Below are positions 56,856 to 64,000 of a DNA stretch of 64,000 bases, in pieces; the first letter of the stretch is position 1, and every line of letters begins with the position of its first letter. The notes beneath the pieces are model-generated. The model did no database searches. It was not told where the DNA came from and saw nothing but the letters and a program-made list of their open reading frames with translations. The translations under genes and the position numbers were made by a program. Source of the DNA: Piedraia hortae CBS 480.64 (lineage: Eukaryota); the NCBI GenBank assembly GCA_010093745.1, contig MU005971.1, positions 186,001-250,000 of the forward strand, read 5' to 3'.

Positions 56856-58502
56856 TCACCTCCGTCCCCAGCTCTGCGCAACACTCTTTTGGACAGATTC
56901 GCCCTCAGCTGCCCCCGCCTGACCAGCTTGCTGTCCTGCTTCGAGCACCTCCCAGCACCGCTCATCCTTGGTCTCAGCCAGCACCGTGGCCAGCCGCTCC
57001 ACTGTTCCGAACCGGGGCAACCAGCCTTCAGTGTCTCGCATCGTGGCAAAGTGCCCTAAAGCCCGCGACAAGAGATTAACGCCGCCCTGGCGATCCTCTC
57101 CGTCCAATGCCCGTACGCTGGCTTCTAGACATACCTGGATGAGACGGTCGTACGTTAGTGCGGTGGGTTTGATATTTAACGCCAGCATCTCCTGAAAGAG
57201 AAATGTGGCCATTTCCTCGTCCGGAGGCTCGCAATAGCCGCGGAGAAGAAGGTTGAATGTGGTTGCATTTGGGGTTACGGAAAAGGTGTGGATGAGCTTG
57301 TAGGTTTTGAGTGCTTCGGTGAAGCTACCTTGGTCAACGTAGCATTCTATTATGAGATTGAGCGCGGAAACGGGCACAGGCCGGTTCTGCTCGTAGAGAT
57401 GACGCAGAATCTGAAAGGCCTGGGCGATGAGCTGGGCATCTGAACGCAGGTAGACGAAGAGAGCGCGCGTGTCATCCGAAGTGGGCATGACGTGTTCAGT
57501 CATAATTGAGAGGATGGTCATGGCACGTTTGAGGTCGGGAGGAGAGGCTCGGAGGTAGCATTCTATAAGCAGCTGATAGTGAAATGCCCCAAAGACGACT
57601 CCTCTCTTGGAGAGATGGGTGAAGACGTCGGTGGCAAGTACAGCATCACCGGCTTGGGAGGCTGTGGTCAGGACGTCCAGGCAGGTGCCCGATGGTGGAT
57701 TGAGATATCCAGTGCCTACTTGACTGTTCCATGTCAGAACTGTGCTTGGATGATGGCGCTGGGAGCTCCCGGCATCGAGGAATGTCAGCCACAACACACG
57801 ACTCAACTGCTCTCCTGCACGGTGTCGCTTCTGCATGATTTCATGAGCTGCCTCGGTCTCTCCAGCCGCGCAGAGGATGAACACGGCCATGTCCAGCAGC
57901 CATGGGTGGACCCGGCCCTCCCGTTGCATCGAGTCCAATCTGTCCAATGCCTGTTCAAAGAGTCCTTCCCTGAGCAATCCGGCGACAACATCATGGGCCC
58001 CATCTTCACTGAGCTCATACCACTTAGTCTGCATATACTCCAGCACATCCGCGCGAAGGAGATGGTCGGGATGAACGGCCAATACCTTGAGTAGCGCATG
58101 GCAACAGGCCAAATCGGGCTGCAACCCCTCGGCCTTCATCTCTTCCAGGTACTCTTCAGCCCGCCAAGCTCCTCCGCCGTCGTGAGAGACGTTGCTAAGG
58201 ATAAGTGCCGTGTAGAGCTGTACATTGGGCGCTTCTCGCCGTGACTCTACCAGGTGCTCGGCCAATTGGCGGCATTCCTTGACTTTGCCCCGGGCTGCTA
58301 GCCAGTGTAGCCTTGCATATACTTGGGAAACTGGTACATCTTGTTTTACAGCTACATTGCGTGGTGCTGGACGGGTATGGAGTGACTCGTCACCATGAGC
58401 GACAGTGACAAATGGTTTATGCGCAGTTATAGGCTTCACTCTGACAACAGCAAACGATTTCTTACACTGTCGCAGCGGATTGGCGAGTGCCGGCGGACGC
58501 AT
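56856..58502 (-). CDS. Pentatricopeptide repeat (PPR) protein, probably mitochondrial (~548 aa)
   Basis: PPR-like units PNVQLYTALI, EMKAEGLQPD, LNLIIECY, PNATTFNLLLRG and EMLALNIKPTALTYDRLI; basic N-terminal presequence. ATG taken at 58502. Confidence 0.88.
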   Translation of the reverse strand: MRPPALANPLRQCKKSFAVVRVKPITAHKPFVTVAHGDESLHTRPAPRNVAVKQDVPVSQVYARLHWLAARGKVKECRQLAEHLVESRREAPNVQLYTALILSNVSHDGGGAWRAEEYLEEMKAEGLQPDLACCHALLKVLAVHPDHLLRADVLEYMQTKWYELSEDGAHDVVAGLLREGLFEQALDRLDSMQREGRVHPWLLDMAVFILCAAGETEAAHEIMQKRHRAGEQLSRVLWLTFLDAGSSQRHHPSTVLTWNSQVGTGYLNPPSGTCLDVLTTASQAGDAVLATDVFTHLSKRGVVFGAFHYQLLIECYLRASPPDLKRAMTILSIMTEHVMPTSDDTRALFVYLRSDAQLIAQAFQILRHLYEQNRPVPVSALNLIIECYVDQGSFTEALKTYKLIHTFSVTPNATTFNLLLRGYCEPPDEEMATFLFQEMLALNIKPTALTYDRLIQVCLEASVRALDGEDRQGGVNLLSRALGHFATMRDTEGWLPRFGTVERLATVLAETKDERCWEVLEAGQQAGQAGAAEGESVQKSVAQSWGRR

Positions 58503-58580
58503 GGCGGTGGTGAAGTGCCGGCGCGGTTTGACGCGGCACGCGACACGCGACTTTAACACGCGACAACCGAACACCAATCA

Positions 58581-59033
58581 ATGGTACCTTGTTTCCCGCC
58601 CTGTCGCTGCCACGCCGTCGCTGACAGGAATAGCTTCCTCTGAGCCTCCTTACGGCTGCCCAGGGCAAACCTATGCTCATTGAGCTGAAATCCGGCGAGA
58701 CGCTCAACGGCCATCTCGTCAGTTGCGACACCTACATGAACCTGACGTTGAAGGAGGTCGTGCAAACCAATGCAGAAGGCACGAAGTTCTTCCACCTGCC
58801 TGAAGCCTATGTGCGCGGTAACAATGTATATTTCTCTACGTTGTACGTCTACGTGCTGACGCATCCAGATCAAGTTCCTCCAGGTGCCAACCGAGCTTAT
58901 CAACGTCATGAAAGAACAGCAGCAAAGTCAGCACGGCCAACGCGGGGGCCGTGGCGGCATACAGCGCGGTGGAAGAGGCGATCGCGGGAGGGGCATGAGA
59001 GGCCGCGGTCGGGGAAGGGGACGAGGAGGATAA
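58581..59033 (+). CDS. LSM4: U6 snRNA-associated Sm-like protein Lsm4 (119 aa); exons 58581-58583, 58634-58825, 58869-59033
   Basis: ATG-only first exon; introns of 50 and 43 nt with CTGAC branch sites. Spliced product MLPLSLLTAAQGKPMLIELKSGETLNGHL...YVRGNN/IKFLQVP... with an RGG tail. Confidence 0.93.
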
Positions 59034-59229
59034 GATGGGCGAGCATGACGGGATGATGGAGGGACAGGCTTTACGTAATGCAGTTTTTCGATGTAACGCG
59101 TATTCCCGCCATCTTCCCCTGCAGTGTAACGGGCTTCCCCGACATCAACAGCTGCCCAAATGGAATTGCCTACACATGGCATGAACAACTTGTCCACGCT
59201 GCTTAAGAGGTACGACTGAAATCTCCATC

Positions 59230-60816
59230 ATGGCTTCCGACTCCGCCCAGCACCGCTTCTCCACGGCCAGCGCCGCCCGTGATAACCCGCTTACGGCTCT
59301 CATCCGCAGGTTGGAAGCCGCGACTTCGCGCCTGGAAGACATTGCCAACTCGACCTCGCCCGAAGGGACCAAGCCCAATGCGCCGCAGCCCGCTGCCGTC
59401 GCGGCGGGGTCCACTTCAGGCTTTTCCGGCTTGCCCCCGGCCGCTCCGCCCGCCATCACCGCCCTAGACAAGATCCTGAACGGCGAGCTGGTGGACTATG
59501 TAAACAAGGCAAGGGCCATTGGATCTCCGCTGGCGGATCAGGCCATGGTGGTCGAGACGGCGTTTGACGTGGAGCGCCGCCTCTTGCTGACGTCGACGAG
59601 GGCCAAGAAGCCCGATATGACTGACCAAAACACTATGCCCGTGCTGGTGCACGACCTGCAGTCTGCCATGGGTGAGGTTGAGCAAATTAGGAGCGATGCC
59701 CGTAGTGCCAAGGAGTGGGCCAACCACCTCTCCATGGTTGCCGAGGGCCTAGCGGCCCTGCAGTGGTTATTTGTAGACACCAAGCCCAGTGATTTCATTG
59801 GCGAGATCATCGGTGGCTCGCAAATGTACGGCAACCGTGTGCTGATGGCCGTCAAAAATGACACGCAGAAATCGGCCCAGGCCGAGCTGGTGACTACGTA
59901 TACGCAGTTGCTAAAGGCGCTGCAGGCCTACACCAAGCAGTACTATCCTAGCGGCCTGACGTGGAACAGCTCTGGCGTTGATGCTGTGCAGGCCTATCGC
60001 GAGACGGACGCTTCGGCCACTCCCACGCCCAGGGGACCTTCAATCAGCGGTCCGTCGGCTGGTGGTCCGCCTCCTCCTCCGCCTCCTCCCCCACCGCTTC
60101 CAACCTTTGACAACGTGCCATCGACGCCGCAGCAGCGCGGGGGAGGTGACATGGGCGCTGTCTTTGCCCAACTCAACCGCGGAGACGCAGTCACTTCAGG
60201 ACTCAAAAAAGTCGACAAGTCCCAAATGACGCATAAAAACCCCTCCCTACGAGCCGTCAGCGGGCCTCCTGATCGACCCAAGAGCCCAGGTCCCGGCCCA
60301 GCTAAACCCAAACCAGCAAACATGCGCCAAAGCCCTCCCAAAGCCGCCGGCAAAACAGAACTAGACGGCAACAAATGGCTTATTGCCAACTGGGACTCTC
60401 CCGCTCAGCCCATTGAAATCGAAGTCTCCCAAATCCAGTCCGTCCTGGTAACTAACTGCAAGAGAACAACCATCATCCTCCGCGGCAAAGCCAATGCTAT
60501 CTCAATCGACAATTCCCCCAATGTTCAGATGCTAGTCGCGACGCTAGTCTCCGGCATCGACGTCATCAAATCGTCCAGATTCGCACTACAAATCACGGAT
60601 GTCGTCCCCACGATTGCTCTTGATCAAGTTGATGGCGCGACGATCTATCTCGGTGAGAATAGTCTCAAGACGGAGGTTTTTACGTCAAAGTGTACGGGAA
60701 TTAATGTGGTCGTGCCGGAGAAGGGGGATAGTAAGGAATGTCCCGTCCCCGAACAGATTAAGTCGTACTTGAGAAATGGAGAGCTTGTGAGTGAGTTGGT
60801 GAAGCATGCTGGGTAG
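59230..60816 (+). CDS. SRV2: Adenylyl cyclase-associated protein (CAP/Srv2), 528 aa, no intron
   Basis: LIRRLEAATSRLEDIA; polyproline tract; WH2 AVFAQLNRGDAVTSGLKKVDKSQMTHKNPSLR; C-terminal CARP beta-helix (GKANAISIDN, ECPVPEQI). Confidence 0.96.
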   Translation: MASDSAQHRFSTASAARDNPLTALIRRLEAATSRLEDIANSTSPEGTKPNAPQPAAVAAGSTSGFSGLPPAAPPAITALDKILNGELVDYVNKARAIGSPLADQAMVVETAFDVERRLLLTSTRAKKPDMTDQNTMPVLVHDLQSAMGEVEQIRSDARSAKEWANHLSMVAEGLAALQWLFVDTKPSDFIGEIIGGSQMYGNRVLMAVKNDTQKSAQAELVTTYTQLLKALQAYTKQYYPSGLTWNSSGVDAVQAYRETDASATPTPRGPSISGPSAGGPPPPPPPPPPLPTFDNVPSTPQQRGGGDMGAVFAQLNRGDAVTSGLKKVDKSQMTHKNPSLRAVSGPPDRPKSPGPGPAKPKPANMRQSPPKAAGKTELDGNKWLIANWDSPAQPIEIEVSQIQSVLVTNCKRTTIILRGKANAISIDNSPNVQMLVATLVSGIDVIKSSRFALQITDVVPTIALDQVDGATIYLGENSLKTEVFTSKCTGINVVVPEKGDSKECPVPEQIKSYLRNGELVSELVKHAG

Positions 60817-61967
60817 ATTGTTTTGTTTAGCTAGGGGTTGTTGTGTTCTAGATATTAGTATCAGAGTGAGTGTTTGATCCTGAGCTCTGGAGAGACGGTG
60901 TGGTGTGCGACGGGTTTGTAGGAAATATGGGGGAAATATGCATGTCGTGTGCTTTTCAAGAGTGGTGGATAGTGATCTGACATGCAGCTGGACTCGAACC
61001 GTTCCGTAGACACCCAAGTCTCTTTGCAAGTTGAGGTGACACGGGAATATACTGCAAGCCCATCCCGGATTGGACGTTGACGAGAGTTCACCCTCCCCCG
61101 GAAAGGAAAGGTTTCTCCATTAACTTGAAGCCGGGAAGGAGAACAGTAGCTCATTCCGCCCCCAGTGATAATCCAACTCGAAAACCTAGTAGGGGTTTGT
61201 TTCGAGTTTATTCCCTGCAGAGTTGCGTGTGCAATGACGAGGGGAGTGAGCCCGCACAATGGAGACGCATACTAAATGATGCGAATGCGCTCTTGTTCAT
61301 TGGTGTTGGAGATGTGTGGAATCTCGACGGGAGGAGTTCTCAATCTGTTTCAATCGATTGATGGTATTTGAGTTTGAAAATTGAAGAGAGTGATATCTTG
61401 CTCATTCATGTGAACTCACCCTTCCCATGTTGCATCTCGTACCCGATAATCACACCCGGTGAGTGCGGGGAGGGTTTGTCGATCTCGGTCAGATTAACAT
61501 TTTATTCTTTCTACCCAGTATCGTACAAACGAGTCTTTGAAAACTCTATACAAAATAACCACTCATTCAACCCCCCGAGTTATTCGAACACCATCCCACA
61601 ACCATCCTCCCAACAATCTCCCACCAACACAGCAGTATACTATAAACGCAGCCCCCTTCCTCATCCCTGTGTTATCCCGCCACATAAGACGGCAGCGTGG
61701 ACATGTTAATCCATGTCCAAATGGAAAAACGGGGTGTCTTTCCCCGTTGGATTGGAGTCCACCACACCCCACCCCCACCGTGGGGGGGAAGGAGGATAGT
61801 GGTTTTCTTCCCCCGAGAAGAGATTCCAGTGGTTGAAAGTTTGTGGAGGCTCGATGCGGGTTTTGGGTTCGAATATGCCACTCGGCCGGTTGGGTTGTAA
61901 ACCACATAATCAGAGCCAGTGACGGTGCAAGCGGGATTTCACTCGCTGCGTGATGGGGAGCTTCTCG

Positions 61968-62127
61968 NNNNNNNNNNNNNNNNNNNNNNNNNNNNNNNNN
62001 NNNNNNNNNNNNNNNNNNNNNNNNNNNNNNNNNNNNNNNNNNNNNNNNNNNNNNNNNNNNNNNNNNNNNNNNNNNNNNNNNNNNNNNNNNNNNNNNNNNN
62101 NNNNNNNNNNNNNNNNNNNNNNNNNNN
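61968..62127. other. Assembly gap (160 N)
   Basis: Run of N. An 18-nt motif ATATCTTGCTCATTCATG occurs on both sides (~61393 and ~62160). Confidence 0.98.
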
Positions 62128-64000
62128 TGTAGGTGGGGGGGTTGTTGAGTTCGCCTTGCATATCTTGCTCATTCATGCGAGTATACCTTTCTCGCTTTGC
62201 ATGTACGCATGCATGATGAACTTATGTCCATCAGGTGGGTGGAGGGGATTTTGTGGATTTTAAATGTTTTGCATCGACTCTTGCTTGAGGAGCATTTGCA
62301 CTCACCGTGGGTGGAATGGACTTAGGGGAGGGTGTAGATCATGCTCGGGTTGTATTGGTTTATGGGTAGACTCTTAGCTTCTTGGTCCAATGCAGAGAAA
62401 AGTACTCACTTTTGCGAAGAATAATTTGACTGTTCCACGCCGCAGGAATAGACTGAAAGTTCCCGTCTCGCTTAAGTTTTACCAATCACAGCGTAATTCC
62501 TGACCATGCGTTGGGTATGCCGACAGGGCCGCGAAAACTTTGCACACTTATCCACTCCACGCTCGAGCTTGGTCATGAACACCCCATTCCGCTGATTCAT
62601 TGGTTCAACTTAATGCACCTACCCATAGCCAAACTTCGCACGCGACCTTACCTCCAAACTGAATTGGACGTTTATGCTAACTTGGAATTATCAGCGGCCA
62701 TTTTCTCGCGGATCGGCTCAAAGTGATGTCACCTGCATGCATGACCAAACAGTATTGCATTGCATAGGGCTGCATTAGTTCATGCGATAGTACCTGATGG
62801 CGTCATGCTCCTTAGCAAATAGTTTGGTAATCTCTCAATCATGTTTTTGATCCTGGGAGGGATTGCGTTCGGCAGTGGCAAAATTGGGAGGGAGAAATTC
62901 TCCGATTGTAGAATGTTACTGTGTTTCCGTGGATTTTGCAAGAGCGTGTGAAAGGTTTTGAGGCAGATGAGGACAGGTCGGACGGTCTAGTCCTGCGGGA
63001 CCGTTGGATTCGGTTACAGTGAGGCTCTTACCGCCGTCTCAAACCCTGACTGTTATGCTTTTCGTGTGCGTCTGAACGCGACGCCATGAAGTGAAGCGCT
63101 ATGGATATGCAGATGAGCAGGATTTATCTTCCATACGTGGGATGTAAAGTTGGCGTATCCAAGACCACAAGATCCTGCGACCTTGTGATGGCACTGCCCT
63201 CACAACATCATAGGGTAACTAGGTCCTGGCAGACCGGGCAAGTTTTGTGCAAGTGTCCACCGGTTTTCTCTATCTTAAACTCCTATCAAGAGGCTCCCGC
63301 TTCCATTGCGAACGTTACTTAAATTACATGCAGCGGAACTGATGCAAGGAACTGTTCAAAATTGGCAGGAACCAACCCAGCCTTCACATTCCTCAGTTAC
63401 CGACATCTGATATCTTCTCAACTGGATCTTGCGTTCAGAAATGATTCTCAACTGAACCATCAAACTGGCTACCAAACCTTTGAAGCCAAAGTGCTACCGA
63501 CGATGGCGTCGGGATGATTATGGCATGTCTCAAGTATGTGATATTTCGGCCCGATCCGGGCCAAGCTTGGCGGCCTTAAGTTTGGGAGCGCCTCGACAAA
63601 GCTTTTGTCGTTCTTCAGGGACACGTCGGTGGCAAACATAAGACGTTTCTTTCTTATCAAAAGTTGTCTGGCCTGCGAAGGTATTGGCGCGGATGGGCCG
63701 TCATTGAAGATGACCGGATGAGATCCTTACTAGTCTTTTTAACTTCAGTGAGATCAACCTATGAAATCGTGCAAAATTTAGAATGATGAAACCAATAAGC
63801 GATGCCAAGACGTGGTATCCGAGATTTTGCACGCTATGCGTACCTTGCCAGTATGGCAAAAATATCAGATTATTCATCTGGTCACGACGGAAGTCCTGAC
63901 TCAAAGTTTTCTGTCAATTAGACCACCCGATTAAAACGCGTAATTGCAGCAACAGCTTCACCATCCAGATTTACAACGCGCTAACATTGAAGTGAAATGC

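Noticed and set aside
60985..61070. Pol III B-box-like GGTTCGAGTCC on the minus strand
   Set aside because: The T-stem and acceptor stem do not pair and no cloverleaf forms; not called as a tRNA.
62400..64000. Short minus-strand ORFs (63469-63660, 63701-63904), possibly a decayed gene
   Set aside because: No family recognisable from the fragments.
1..64000. CRISPR arrays, rRNA, prokaryotic operons or a secondary-metabolite cluster
   Set aside because: The DNA is fungal with spliceosomal introns. No regularly spaced repeats, rRNA motifs or PKS/NRPS genes were seen, and neighbouring genes are functionally unrelated apart from the CHS pair.

Overview
Eukaryotic DNA from a filamentous ascomycete (Pezizomycotina). 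The compact gene spacing and intron poverty suggest a streamlined genome, possibly a Dothideomycete; that assignment is inference. Dense blocks of conserved genes alternate with islands of decayed mobile DNA. Core genes: a head-to-head pair of myosin-motor chitin synthases (class V and VII), the giant lipid-bridge protein Csf1, an RBM26/27-like PWI-CCCH-RRM protein, SRP68, a Jen1 carboxylate transporter, a HotDog thioesterase, a fungal AAA+ ATPase, a Whi5/Nrm1-type G1/S repressor, a mitochondrial keto-acid dehydrogenase kinase, BMS1, a PPR protein, LSM4 and CAP/Srv2. Reading splice sites directly recovers two tiny multi-exon genes that the ORF track misses: a 70-aa peptidase inhibitor I9 and a predicted 28-aa CxxC-x10-CxxC microprotein. 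The accessory islands (about 1-1.3 kb, 12.8-17.5 kb, 44.3-55 kb and 61-64 kb) hold remnants of Harbinger, pogo/Fot1 and LINE elements, a TPR (NLR-like) pseudogene, a possible LanC-like pseudogene, and an unrecognised ~2-kb segment present twice in the same orientation. Also notable: an MCB cluster upstream of the Whi5/Nrm1 gene, a CreA cluster upstream of JEN1, a recurrent C-rich to G-rich switch near gene 3' ends, and a 160-N assembly gap. I cannot support a claim of a complete novel multi-gene system. The best leads are the microprotein, the duplicated segment and the 3'-end skew.
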